The translations under genes and the position numbers were made by a program. DNA of 63,230 bases, the filler included, from Octopus bimaculoides (taxonomy: Eukaryota): NCBI RefSeq assembly GCF_001194135.2. It is 6 parts of 6 records of this genome, joined end to end, with 100 filler letters (N's around TTAATTAATTAA, not from the genome) between each part and the next. Parts side by side here need not be neighbours in the genome. Positions count along the whole stretch, not along the records: positions 1 to 27,574 come from NC_069003.1; positions 27,675 to 47,135 come from NC_068999.1; 4 more parts are not named here. The stretch is one strand, 5' to 3'. Within the stretch, counting starts at the first letter, position 1, and the number at the start of each line of letters is the position of its first letter. Shown piece by piece: positions 22,311-35,380 of this stretch. The notes under the pieces are model-generated. The model was not told the origin of the DNA and did no database searches. It saw nothing but the letters and a program-made list of their open reading frames with translations.

Positions 22311-23339
22311 NNNNNNNNNNNNNNNNNNNNNNNNNNNNNNNNNNNNNNNNNNNNNNNNNNNNNNNNNNNNNNNNNNNNNNNNNNNNNNNNNNNNNNNNNN
22401 NNNNNNNNNNNNNNNNNNNNNNNNNNNNNNNNNNNNNNNNNNNNNNNNNNNNNNNNNNNNNNNNNNNNNNNNNNNNNNNNNNNNNNNNNNNNNNNNNNNN
22501 NNNNNNNNNNNNNNNNNNNNNNNNNNNNNNNNNNNNNNNNNNNNNNNNNNNNNNNNNNNNNNNNNNNNNNNNNNNNNNNNNNNNNNNNNNNNNNNNNNNN
22601 NNNNNNNNNNNNNNNNNNNNNNNNNNNNNNNNNNNNNNNNNNNNNNNNNNNNNNNNNNNNNNNNNNNNNNNNNNNNNNNNNNNNNNNNNNNNNNNNNNNN
22701 NNNNNNNNNNNNNNNNNNNNNNNNNNNNNNNNNNNNNNNNNNNNNNNNNNNNNNNNNNNNNNNNNNNNNNNNNNNNNNNNNNNNNNNNNNNNNNNNNNNN
22801 NNNNNNNNNNNNNNNNNNNNNNNNNNNNNNNNNNNNNNNNNNNNNNNNNNNNNNNNNNNNNNNNNNNNNNNNNNNNNNNNNNNNNNNNNNNNNNNNNNNN
22901 NNNNNNNNNNNNNNNNNNNNNNNNNNNNNNNNNNNNNNNNNNNNNNNNNNNNNNNNNNNNNNNNNNNNNNNNNNNNNNNNNNNNNNNNNNNNNNNNNNNN
23001 NNNNNNNNNNNNNNNNNNNNNNNNNNNNNNNNNNNNNNNNNNNNNNNNNNNNNNNNNNNNNNNNNNNNNNNNNNNNNNNNNNNNNNNNNNNNNNNNNNNN
23101 NNNNNNNNNNNNNNNNNNNNNNNNNNNNNNNNNNNNNNNNNNNNNNNNNNNNNNNNNNNNNNNNNNNNNNNNNNNNNNNNNNNNNNNNNNNNNNNNNNNN
23201 NNNNNNNNNNNNNNNNNNNNNNNNNNNNNNNNNNNNNNNNNNNNNNNNNNNNNNNNNNNNNNNNNNNNNNNNNNNNNNNNNNNNNNNNNNTATATATATA
23301 TATATATATAAAACTCCATATATCACTCCAGATATATGG

Positions 23340-23371
<32 letters not shown>

Positions 23372-23539
23372 TGTGTAGGAGAATACAAAGTAAGTGTTAT
23401 TATAGATAAGACAGTAATGCATAACTTTTTGTTTTCTTTATTCTGTAATCTGTGGTTTGTATTCAATGTAAATACATGTTTTAAGCCTACTTCTGTTTAT
23501 CTGCCTTCCTACCTCATACACACACACACACATCTTTAT

Positions 23540-24615
23540 CTTTAATTTGTTTCAATCATTAGACTGCAGCCATGCTAAGACACTACCTCGAAGAATTTTA
23601 GTCAAACAAATCAACCCCAGTGCTTATTTCATTTTTCCAAAGCCTGGTACTTATTATGCTGGTCTCTTTTGCTAAACCACTAAGTTACAGTTACAGGGAC
23701 ATGTATGAAGCTTATCAGTTGTCAAGTCTTGGTAGGAGACAAATACTAACACAACCACACACACACATGCATGTATGTAAGACTTATTGGGGCAAGCGAA
23801 TAGCAAAATCAGGATAGCACCTGTGCCCAGCGTCGCCTTTCTGGCACTTGTGCCCATGACATGTGTAAGGATTTTCGAGCGAGATCGTTGCCAGTGCCCC
23901 TGGACTGGCTCTTGTGCGGGTGGCACATAAAATACACCATTTTGAGCATGGCCGTTGCCAGTACCACCTGACTGGCCTTCGTAGGATTTTTGAGCGAGAT
24001 CGTTGCCAGTGCCCCTGGACTGGCCCTTGTGTGGGTGGCACATAAAATACACCATTTTGAGCGTGGCCATTGCCAGTACNNNNNNNNNNNNNNNNNNNNN
24101 NNNNNNNNNNNNNNNNNNNNNNNNNNNNNNNNNNNNNNNNNNNNNNNNNNNNNNNNNNNNNNNNNNNNNNNNNNNNNNNNNNNNNNNNNNNNNNNNNNNN
24201 NNNNNNNNNNNNNNNNNNNNNNNNNNNNNNNNNNNNNNNNNNNNNNNNNNNNNNNNNNNNNNNNNNNNNNNNNNNNNNNNNNNNNNNNNNNNNNNNNNNN
24301 NNNNNNNNNNNNNNNNNNNNNNNNNNNNNNNNNNNNNNNNNNNNNNNNNNNNNNNNNNNNNNNNNNNNNNNNNNNNNNNNNNNNNNNNNNNNNNNNNNNN
24401 NNNNNNNNNNNNNNNNNNNNNNNNNNNNNNNNNNNNNNNNNNNNNNNNNNNNNATATATATATATATATATATATATAATGGATTTCTTTAAGCTTCCCT
24501 CTACCAAATCCACTCACAAGGCTTTGGTTGGCCTGAGACCATAATAGAAGACAACTGCCCAAGGTACCAAGCAATGAAATTGAACCCAGAACCATGTGGT
24601 TGGGAATCAAGCTTC
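23540..24615 (-). mobile_element. SINE family A split around an opposite-strand RTE-unit array (23815-24079) and a gap
   Basis: The SINE tail is at 23540-23790 and the head at 24475-24615 (both minus). Tandem cgagatcgttgccagtgcccctggactggc units lie between them. Confidence 0.6.
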
Positions 24616-25382
24616 AGTTTCAAGTATTGCACTTAGGCCATGCTCATGTGCCTCTGTTGCACTTTCTATGGTGCATCCATCATAAATGATGGTATGGTAT
24701 GGTGAAATGCATCACAGTTCTGACTACTTGAAGGACAATTTGAACTTGGAAATGTGAAATTAGGCAAACCAAATGATACAAATGTTTATCCAATGCTCTC
24801 CTGATTATCTGGCTCTGTCATCAGTTTGAATAGTTAATTAGGATGTGAGGAAGAGATCAATGGTGACTGAAATGTACTTTTGTGTATGTGTGTGTGTGTG
24901 TGCATGCACACGTGTGTTAGGTAAAGAGAGAGAGAGAGAAAGAGACAGACAGACAGAAAGAGAAGTGTAATAAAGATGGACTTTCAATTTAAATGCCAGT
25001 ATTCACTTAATGTAACAAAAAACTAATGACAGGTCTCTTAAGAAGCCACATTTTCTTTTTTGTGAGTGGCCTTCGTAGACAGAAACAAAAAGAAGCCTGT
25101 CATGTGTTTGTGTGTGTGTACGTGTGTGTGTATACATGTGTGTTTGTGTGCGAGTAAGTGTGTGTATGATTGTATCCTGTTTTTTTTGACATTGTGTGAA
25201 TGTTGTAAATGATTGTCATACAGGGCTGCATCAGTCACTTCCAATATTCTGAAGAAATATTACCATATTTGGAAACAGGTGAGTATTGGTGACAGGAAGG
25301 GCATCCAACTGTAGAAAATCTACCTCTGATGGGGAAGTGGACATTAAAATGATGGTGATGACAGTGTTGACAATCTTCCTTT

Positions 25383-26030
25383 TTAACCATTAAGCATTTA
25401 GATTATTGTCAAATGTAATGCTTACATTGTTTTGAATTAATCATCTCATAATTTCAAGATTTCAATGATGGAATTGTTTATTTCTAGAACGACACTGTAG
25501 GGTAGGTGTGAGAGGTCAAATGTGCCCAGTTTGAACATAAAACAGACCAGATAAGGCCGGTTCAAACACTAAATGTTTAAAGAGTACATTGCAGAAGTTT
25601 TGACAGCTATTTCTAGCAAGTTAAACTACAAACCATGTAGAGATCCCTTTGTTAACTGATAAACATGTTAGCAGTGAAAGCATTGTTGATAGAGTTGGTG
25701 ATGGATGCTGGTACCTGTATAGTGGTGGGATGTTGTTTAGCTCTGACCCAGGAGATAACCTATGACCAAGGGTGTTCCAGCAATGACCATCTCATCCTTT
25801 TTGCACATCAGGAACTAAACAGGGCCAATATATCCTCTTATATTTAACATTTTAGCATTTAAAGCAGCTGTATTCGGCTCAAATATTCTCTCCCTGTTTT
25901 ATGTACAAACCAGATCTGGGCCCTCACACCTACCCTACAATGTTGTTCTAAATATAAACAATCACATCATCAAAATCTTGAAACTATAAGCATTACATTT
26001 GACAGAGTAATCTGAATGTTAGAGGGTTAA
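25383..26030. mobile_element. Two inverted piggyBac-like MITE copies (25383-25580 and 25844-26030)
   Basis: Each is bounded by TTAA with CCYTTTAGCATT-like termini (e.g. TTAAcattttagcatt...aatgttagagggTTAA). The bodies are reverse-complementary. Confidence 0.6.
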
Positions 26031-26768
26031 AGACTGCAGGATGTGTGCTCTGTGAATGATATAACTGCTATTTCTAGCAGATGGAGCAACAGCCATAGTC
26101 TCCCCTCGTTTTTTTTTTTGCTTGACTACTGGGTAAGCTAAGAGAAGCTGTTGTGAGGTTGGTGGTGGTGGTGGTGGTGGTGGTGGCGATTGAGCTGCCA
26201 GTAGCTGCAAAAGGGTAGGTCTGTGTATACAAGGTAGTCACTTTATGTGCAGGGAAAGGGAGGTGAAAAATAGAATTGAGGCTAAGGGGACGGGCAAAGG
26301 TCAGAGACAAGAGTGGAAGGAAGGTTAGGGTAGTGGGAGGAGATGGGACAGACAAGGATTTATTTTGGAAGTAAATCCCTGGCTGCTGCTGTGTCAACTG
26401 GTGGAAAGTAAATGGATGGAGGTGGGGAATGAGAGAGGAGGAAACAAGAGGATGAGAAAAGAGAGAATAGAAGAAGGGGAGGTGAGACAAATTGATGATG
26501 GTTTGACGGGGTGGAGGAGGACAGAGATAGCAGGAGTAGTGCAGAATTGTTTACCCTCCCACCTTTGTTGACTACAAGAAAAGGGGATGGCTAGGGCTGG
26601 AAGAGGAGGAGGAGGGGGCAATGGGGACAGAAAGACCGAAACACAGACGGACGGACGGACAGACATACAGACTGGAACTTGTCAAAACATCCTTTATGAG
26701 TGAGTCGGTGTGACTCAAGCATCAGGCGTCTGAATTATGACTGGCACTCCACGTACCACTGCACTCAC

Positions 26769-26846
26769 CCTCATACATATTGGAGTTGCGGTTGGTCTTG
26801 TTGGTGGCAGTGGCGATGAGGGATTTAAAATTACGTCTGTGCAATG
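26769..26846 (-). CDS. Candidate 78-nt exon (LHRRNFKSLIATATNKTNRNSNMYE) or 3' end of a first exon
   Basis: Strong GAGG|GTGAGT donor, a ctcag acceptor after a CA tract, and length a multiple of 3. It is complex sequence next to the CpG-retaining patch. Confidence 0.3.
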
Positions 26847-26848
26847 CT

Positions 26849-26913
<65 letters not shown>

Positions 26914-27109
26914 AACAGAGGATGTAGGGTATCAGATTTTAATAACAAATCACATTTGTTTCTCCACCGCATACTAGTTATGAGTTGCTGAGTTTATTAT
27001 ATTCAAAGACCAATTATACAAGATCATTCTTTATAATTACTAAGTAGTTGAATAATATTATATTATACACACACACATGTATATATGTATATATATTTGT
27101 GTGTGTGTG

Positions 27110-27397
27110 TTTGTATAAAGCCATTTATCTCGGCTTCCGTCGTCACCTTCGTGCGTGTGTGGTGATGACGGAAGTGGAGATAAATGGTTTTTTTGGAGGT
27201 GGTGAGAGATACCGGTACAAAAAAAGGCATAACAGAACAGAGGAAAACTTCAATGGTGTTAACACCACCCCCACCACCACCAACGCCACCCTTCCTTCTA
27301 CCTACCCATGAACTAGTTCCATAACTAACACCCTTAATGCATCCATCACTGGACCAAACCCATGCCCCTCTTCCTCATAACACACGTCTTACCCATC

Positions 27398-27441
<44 letters not shown>

Positions 27442-27574
27442 CACTGTGATGTGGAGTGGTGCGGCTGGCGATGTGGATGCGGGGAAAGGAGTGAAGGGCC
27501 CGGAAGGGAAAGTGTTGGAAAAAGGCGTCCGAATAACATCAAACGGCTTTTCTCTTTCCTCCCACAACCACCAC
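27110..27574. promoter_or_regulatory. CpG-retaining, promoter-like patch
   Basis: CpGs reappear after ~27 kb of depletion. ETS-like motifs: ACGGAAGTG at 27168 and CCGGAAG near 27499. Confidence 0.3.
27117..27191 (+). ncRNA. Pre-miRNA-like hairpin
   Basis: 27121-27147 pairs with 27161-27187 (24 Watson-Crick, 2 G-U, 1 mismatch) around a 13-nt loop. Four more pairs form outside. Confidence 0.45.
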
Positions 27575-27674
27575 NNNNNNNNNNNNNNNNNNNNNNNNNN
27601 NNNNNNNNNNNNNNNNNNTTAATTAATTAANNNNNNNNNNNNNNNNNNNNNNNNNNNNNNNNNNNNNNNNNNNN
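27575..27674. other. Artificial linker (44N-TTAATTAATTAA-44N)
   Basis: The identical 100-bp construct occurs five times; the palindromic 12-mer gives stops in all six frames. Confidence 0.95.
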
Positions 27675-27719
<45 letters not shown>

Positions 27720-27729
<10 letters not shown>

Positions 27730-27900
27730 ACTTGTTTCAGTCATTTGACTGCGGCCATGTTGGAGCACCACCTTGATGGATTTTATCCGAACAAATGGAC
27801 CCCAAGTCTTATTTCTGAAGCCTAGTACTTCTTCTGTCCGTCTTTTTTGCCGAACTGTCAACTTACGGGGACGTAAACACACCAACACCTGTTGTATGTA
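27720..27900 (-). mobile_element. SINE family A 3' half, CpG-intact
   Basis: ttacttgtttcagtcatttgactgcggccatgttggagcacc...gccgaactg...acggggacgtaaacacacc. Confidence 0.8.
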
Positions 27901-27910
27901 TATATGCATG

Positions 27911-27953
<43 letters not shown>

Positions 27954-28674
27954 CTCTGTCTCTCTCTCTCTATCTATCTATCTTGTTAATTACTACTATA
28001 TTTATATATCTTTATTTTAACGACACCACGAAAGGACGAAAGAGGAAGTTGATCTTGAGGACATCTCAAACTTAAAACGTAAAGATCCGGAAGAGATGTT
28101 GCAAACCAATTTTGTCCAATGATCTATCGATTATGTCAATCCAATGTGCACTGTCCATCAAAATGTTAAGAGGATAGACCCCGTTTTAACTTAGAGAACT
28201 CTTAGTGATATTCAAAACACACACGTACGTACACACACATACACACATGCACAAACATACTTGTACAATCCAATATGTTATTGTGTTTCTATGTTGATGT
28301 ATGCACGATAATGGAATATTTCCCTGATAGCTATTATGGATCTTTGCTTAAATATCCATGAAAGGACACGTATCAATCAAGTGAAATTTAAGATAATGAA
28401 GATGTCATCAATGCGACTCATTAATTAAGGATGATTCACTTAATTTCCCCCCGATTTTATCTCAAACGCTGGAAATGCTTTCAACGTGTCCTTCTGTTGA
28501 AGACAACAAATTTACGGGGATATTTCTGTCGAAGCTTGATAATTTCGGGTTGAAAATCAGAAGGAAGATTATTATTATTAAGAAATGTGGACTCAGCTGG
28601 GAAAGGGCAACGTTTATGCTATAAAACAATAAAAGGATTCAAATCGTTGTAAATGAATATAATCACCTCTATAG

Positions 28675-29055
28675 CAGGCTGTGTTGCATGAATCTTGCTT
28701 CCCAGCCACAGGGTTCTTGGTTCAGTCCCACCTCATGACACCTCGAGCAAGTGCCTTCTACTATAGCCTCGTGAGTGGATTTAGTAGACGGAAACTGAAA
28801 GAAGCCCGTCGTATATATATATATATATATATATATATACGCAGCTATGTATGTGTCTTTGTGTCAGTGTTTGTCCTTAACACTGCTTGATAACCGGTCT
28901 TGGTGTGTTTACGTAACTTAGCGGTTTGGTAACGAGATCGATAGAATAAGTATCAGGCTTAAAAAAAGTACTGGGGTCAATTCGTTTGACTAAAATTCGT
29001 CGAAACGATGCTCCAGCTTGGTCGTAGTCTAAAGACTGACACAAGTAAAAGAGTA
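28675..29055 (+). mobile_element. SINE family A
   Basis: Core ...gtagacggaaactgaaagaagcccgtcg with CpGs retained, followed by the tail. Confidence 0.8.
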
Positions 29056-29325
29056 ATGGATCTATAGTTTGAGTTAGTGATGTCTAATGGTTCTGCCGAT
29101 CTATCGACCAAATTGATTCTTTGTCAAGGAACAGGTGTATGAAAAGACATTGCCTTAAGGATCTTCTTTTTTAAATATATGTCAATGATGTAGCAGGGAA
29201 TAGAACGTCATGTTTGAAAAGTTTAAATTGATCGTAAACGACTAAAGGGGATTCCAAAGAAAAGTCAATACTTAATGATGTCTTTGGAAAAAAATATTTC
29301 TAGATATCTTCATGTAGGAAGGATA

Positions 29326-29485
<160 letters not shown>

Positions 29486-32129
29486 TACGTTAACGTGTAT
29501 ATATTTATATACACGTTAACGTATCCCACACAGGTGATGAAATATGGAAAAAAGAAAACGCGTTTTACCTTTTAAATTGCAGTGAATTAAGTTCAAAGTA
29601 TATTATTACAATCAAATAATTTCAGAATACAATAATATGCATTGAAAAACAGATTATCACAATCATTATTTCCAAAGACAATATTACATATTGCGAAATA
29701 TCGTATCATATTGAAAATATATTATTACATTCGAATCATTTAAAGATTATCGTTATTCTTTTAAACTAATGTATCCCCCAAAAGATAATTTATCCTCATT
29801 GTATTCCATAGCAAACTGCATGTGCTTGTTAATAAGCGATATCAAAAACAGAATAGAATTGAGACAGATGTATATTATAAGTCAACAGACTCGAGATAGT
29901 GTTTACTTTTTACTTCATTCTACCCAAAGCACATGAAAGCCAATATTTCGTACAATATAGTAAAAAGAATATGCACCATTATACGAAATCCGAACACACA
30001 AAAGAAATGATTAAATGAATTCAAAGATATACTGATTAATAGACGGTGTCTGGAAGATTTTAATCCAAACCGCGAAAAAATCTTAGAGAGTGGCTGCTCT
30101 AAAATGTTGGTAGTTTTAGAAGCACGACGGTTTTTCTGTAAAACAACAGGTTTGCTTCTCGGGCGATTTTGGAACTAAGTATCACCAATAGCGATAACAT
30201 CACAACTTGATCCTTTGGTGGTTTAAGGAAAGGCGACCATATTTGTAAATATCCGGATCATACACCCGTGGTTCTCTCCTCCACCCGCGTTGCTTTTGCC
30301 GACGTTGGCTTGTGGATGTTTAGGTTTGTCGTTGGCGGAATCATTTTAAAGCAGTCAGGAAAGTCTGGGGAAACGGTTCATGAGCTACTTACTCTTTACG
30401 TTGATTGATTAATACAACTACAGAAGGATGTAATAGTTTTGCAAAGCGTTTTGCGTTGGTCTTCCTTCCATTCTTGACATTGACCAAAGAACCATGCAGA
30501 TGTATCGAGGAATCAACAAACTTCGCTATCACTGCATGATTTCTAAACGGAAGCATTAATTTTGGCGTTTCATGCTGAAACAAAACATTCATTGAGTGAA
30601 GCTATGTTTTTCTGTTGCCCGAGGCAAAGCTACTTCCTATTTCTTTCGCAGTTAGCCGTAAGAAATATACAGACACCATTTTCTGTTTCATCAATACGAA
30701 AATGAAAGCAGTAATCATAAAAATAAAACAAGACTTTTAAACAAACAAATGAAATAAACCAAACTTCCTTTCTTTCAAAAAAAAAAAAAAGAAAAAAAAA
30801 GAAGAAAAATATAATTCACAAAGATTTAAAATAATATACAAAAATCAAAAATTTGGTTTCTGGTGCATATATCTTCTGTTGCGGTTTGCTGTCGTTACTA
30901 ATGACATAACAGCAAAAGCTATGCATAAGTTATGTCTTCGCAAACTTTAAATATTTCATGGTTTCACAAAATACTTGCAGTATTTCATTTGTAATTTCTA
31001 GCTTATTTCACTCTAATGCTGTAGTATCTGGGAAACATTTAGAGAAAAATTACGTTATTACATAAATCCCATTATTTAGATATATATTTAATAAACCAAA
31101 GAGAAAAACCTGTAAAATGTAAAAAAAAAAATTATAAATGACTTACAACGANNNNNNNNNNNNNNNNNNNNNNNNNNNNNNNNNNNNNNNNNNNNNNNNN
31201 NNNNNNNNNNNNNNNNNNNNNNNNNNNNNNNNNNNNNNNNNNNNNNNNNNNNNNNNNNNNNNNNNNNNNNNNNNNNNNNNNNNNNNNNNNNNNNNNNNNN
31301 NNNNNNNNNNNNNNNNNNNNNNNNNNNNNNNNNNNNNNNNNNNNNNNNNNNNNNNNNNNNNNNNNNNNNNNNNNNNNNNNNNNNNNNNNNNNNNNNNNNN
31401 NNNNNNNNNNNNNNNNNNNNNNNNNNNNNNNNNNNNNNNNNNNNNNNNNNNNNNNNNNNNNNNNNNNNNNNNNNNNNNNNNNNNNNNNNNNNNNNNNNNN
31501 NNNNNNNNNNNNNNNNNNNNNNNNNNNNNNNNNNNNNNNNNNNNNNNNNNNNNNNNNNNNNNNNNNNNNNNNNNNNNNNNNNNNNNNNNNNNNNNNNNNN
31601 NNNNNNNNNNNNNNNNNNNNNNNNNNNNNNNNNNNNNNNNNNNNNNNNNNNNNNNNNNNNNNNNNNNNNNNNNNNNNNNNNNNNNNNNNNNNNNNNNNNN
31701 NNNNNNNNNNNNNNNNNNNNNNNNNNNNNNNNNNNNNNNNNNNNNNNNNNNNNNNNNNNNNNNNNNNNNNNNNNNNNNNNNNNNNNNNNNNNNNNNNNNN
31801 NNNNNNNNNNNNNNNNNNNNNNNNNNNNNNNNNNNNNNNNNNNNNNNNNNNNNNNNNNNNNNNNNNNNNNNNNNNNNNNNNNNNNCCTCCACCTCCCTCC
31901 CTCCTATCCCCACCCTCACCTCAACCCACACTCCACCCTTGCTTCCCCCACCCTCGCCTCCTCCACACCCCAACACCACCAACTTCCAGTTCGATAACAG
32001 AAACTTGTTAATATGCATACATCTTTAATTTGGTTATCTTCAATTCTTCAGCCGTTATCTTCAGTTTCGTTTTCGTGCCTGTCCTAACCTATGGTCATAA
32101 ATACTGGGTAATGACAGAAAGACTATAAT

Positions 32130-32520
32130 CGCGAATACAAGTGGACTAAACGCAGATACTCTGAAGGATCTCTGGAATAACATTAATCGACAAATTGCAT
32201 AGCTCGGAGCTCAGGGAGTGTCTCCAGATCGAGCCGCTACTTCTTGGCATGGGAGGTCATAGTTCTGGTACAACGGATGTTTGATGTGACTGTCACAGCA
32301 GAAGATCGTTAGAGAGATTCTTCAAACTGAACCAAACCGACAGGCGACCTTGGAGCAAACCACGAACCAGATGGTTGGATAATATCGATAAATTCAGTTA
32401 GGAATCCAGCAGGAAAGTGTGATGGTGGTTGCTTTTAACATGACCCTGTGGTGTAGGTGCTTGAGGACTCCATCTCCATGACCCACTCAAGAATAGCGGG
32501 GAGAGACGATGGATAGATGG
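32130..32520 (+). mobile_element. Second RTE-like LINE family, decayed ORF2 C-terminus
   Basis: Frameshifted translation RISGITLIDKLHSSELRECLQIEPLLL...RS*FWY...RRPWSKPRTRWLDNI. Confidence 0.7.
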
Positions 32521-33087
32521 ATTGAAACTCTCTGTTCTACAGTCAGAAAGCAACTAAAGGACGTGTGTAAAAGAATCCACTAATATAATTAAATAAAAGT
32601 ACATATATGAATAAATAAAGGTGGGTTTTCTAAGACATATTGAAATGAAGTTAACGATAAATTTCTAGAATAAAGGGAATAAACTCGAGCAAATAAAAAC
32701 GAAATATAGAGCAACGACCGAACCTTTTCTTCTGCTGTATATCTTAATTAAAATACATAAAAATAGAACTGAGAGATTAATGAATGGCAAAAGTTGACAA
32801 AGCACAAAAGATTGTTGATAGAAACGTGAGATGAATTAATCAAACGAAATATGCATCTATCTCGATATTTAGCCGTTGTAAGCCGTATGAGATGATTACA
32901 ATGGGAAAATGGCGAATATAAGCAAAATAAACAAGAAGACTAATCAAAGAAGTAACAGAAACAACAACGCTCTGAATCTAAAATACAATTCAGGCAGGGA
33001 TACGTGTATATATAATATAATATAATATAATATATATACACACACACATATATATATACATATATATTTATATACATATATGAATAC

Positions 33088-33121
<34 letters not shown>

Positions 33122-33358
33122 NNNNNNNNNNNNNNNNNNNNNNNNNNNNNNNNNNNNNNNNNNNNNNNNNNNNNNNNNNNNNNNNNNNNNNNNNNNNNNN
33201 NNNNNNNNNNNNNNNNNNNNNNNNNNNNNNNNNNNNNNNNNNNNNNNNNNNNNNNNNNNNNNNNNNNNNNNNNNNNNNNNNNNNNNNNNNNNNNNNNNNN
33301 NNNNNNNNNNNNNNNNNNNNNNNNNNNNNNNNNNNNNNNNNNNNNNNNNNNNNNNNNN

Positions 33359-33410
<52 letters not shown>

Positions 33411-33984
33411 CACATGTGTATTTATATATGCGTGTATATGAATGTACGCGCGTATATATTTATATACATGCATGTATATATGTATGTATGTATGTATGTA
33501 CGTTTCTACCTATCGAGAGAAAGAGAAAGAGAAAGAAAGGGAGAGAACGAGAGAGAGAGAGAGTGAGGTAAAGAGAGTGGGAGACAGAAACAAATACAAA
33601 CTGTACGCTTCCTCTTTGTATGGTAACATTAAATGAGTAAATAATATCTGATTTTGTAGAGAGTTGTGAGGAATGGTGAGAGTGTAGATCGACCTGTCTG
33701 TTGAGCCATGTCAACGAGGAAGCTTCTGAGAGTCGTTCGGCCTGCTAGAAATAGCAGCCAAATTTCTGCAAATTACATTTAATCGTCTTAAATGAAGGAA
33801 ATACACATTTTAGTCCCGCTATAGATAAAAAACATACAAAATGGTAATGATGGGATCACATTGGTTTAATTTAAAAAAGATTTTCGTGCCACAGAACTCA
33901 CGAGGCCTTCTGTCTGGTTTCCATTGTGTATAAGTGACCCAGAGCGCAACGTTTCCTCTTGTACGAGACGCAGGTCCAATGCGG

Positions 33985-34150
33985 GGCTCAAGGTCAGCTA
34001 TTTTGAGGAGAGGGGACAAGTCGATTACATCGTCCTCAGAAAAGCAAAGCTGACTTTGGCGGGAGTTGAACTCGGAATGAAAAAAGAGCTGGAAGAAATG
34101 CCGCTAAGCATTTTGTCCGACGCGCTAACGTTTCTACCAGCACGCCGCTT
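33985..34150 (-). mobile_element. SINE family C
   Basis: gactttggcgggagttgaactcggaatg...gaaatgccgctaagcattttgtccgacgcgctaacg. Confidence 0.7.
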
Positions 34151-34330
34151 TCGTTGGTTCGTATGTCTGCTCAATCACGACTGATTCATGGCTAAATAAA
34201 TAGCAGCACCTGCAGTAACAACAACAAAACCAACACAGCATAAAAGCAAATCAAAGTAGGCTAGGTAACGAACGTATCGATTTTTTTCTTCGAGTTGTGC
34301 ATCTCAAGCAAATAATTTTGGCTATGCTCG

Positions 34331-34439
<109 letters not shown>

Positions 34440-35039
34440 TTATGTTCCATACATAGGAGGTGTTGGTCACAGTCAGTGTATATTAAAGAAACACTCCTGA
34501 AACTTACAATGGTGTTGGAATTTATAATGGTGCAGAGAATTGTTCTTAAAGTCAGACATCTCTTTATACTGTTAGGTAGACGATGGCATTTAAAAATTAT
34601 GAGTTACCTCCCTTGCTCACTGACATAACACTGTGTCAGCAACAGAATACGAGCGACCCAGTGTGTTGCTTAGTTCTTCTCTCTTTCCTAGCGATTCTGT
34701 TAGCCACGTTCGTTTTCCAGCAGGGCCGATGCCTATACAAGCGATCGATTTTACTCCCTCGTACTTCTTAATCTCTTATTAAATATATTTAGACACAGAC
34801 ATGCCTATGTGGTTAAGAACTTCGCTTCAGAACCACGAAATTCCAGGGTTGAAATAAATGCACAGCACTTTGAGTATATTTTGCTATAGTGTCGGGTATA
34901 TCAACAGCTTATGAATGAAATTTAGTAGACAGAAACTGTACGGAATCCTCCTCAGATGGGTCGAGTTTGATGACTCCAGTAAAATAAAATTGAACTCCAG
35001 AGGAAGGCAATGACAACTCATCTCTGTCCTGGGACAAAG

Positions 35040-35380
35040 TAAGCACTGTCACACGACCATCGCCTCTGACAGTTCACCTCAGTCACGTGACAAGTGAGCA
35101 TCGTGGATGTTTCAGAAAGCTTTCTATCTCCACCGTCTCTGATGACACACATCTGCCATGTGAGAGAATATCATTGTGAATGTTCTACAAAACCATCAGA
35201 GGAAAGAATCGAGTCACTGGCTCAATTCGATCCCGAAACACCAAGTTACAGCAGAGTTTACTATAATAATGTGAATGAAAGTGCATTGCTCATGAACACA
35301 TCGTACTGCCCTGTCCAAGAACTGAACTCAACAACATTGTGACCGTGAACCGAACACTAACCACTGGGCCACACGCGCCG
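35040..35380 (-). mobile_element. tRNA-derived SINE
   Basis: Minus strand ggcgcgtgtggcccagtggttagtgttcggttcacggtcac...gagttcagttcttggacaggg. Confidence 0.65.

Noticed and set aside
4245-24079. CRISPR-like interpretation of the 21-bp, 25-bp and 55-bp arrays
   Set aside because: The units are head-to-tail tandem repeats without unique spacers, there are no cas genes, and the context is eukaryotic.
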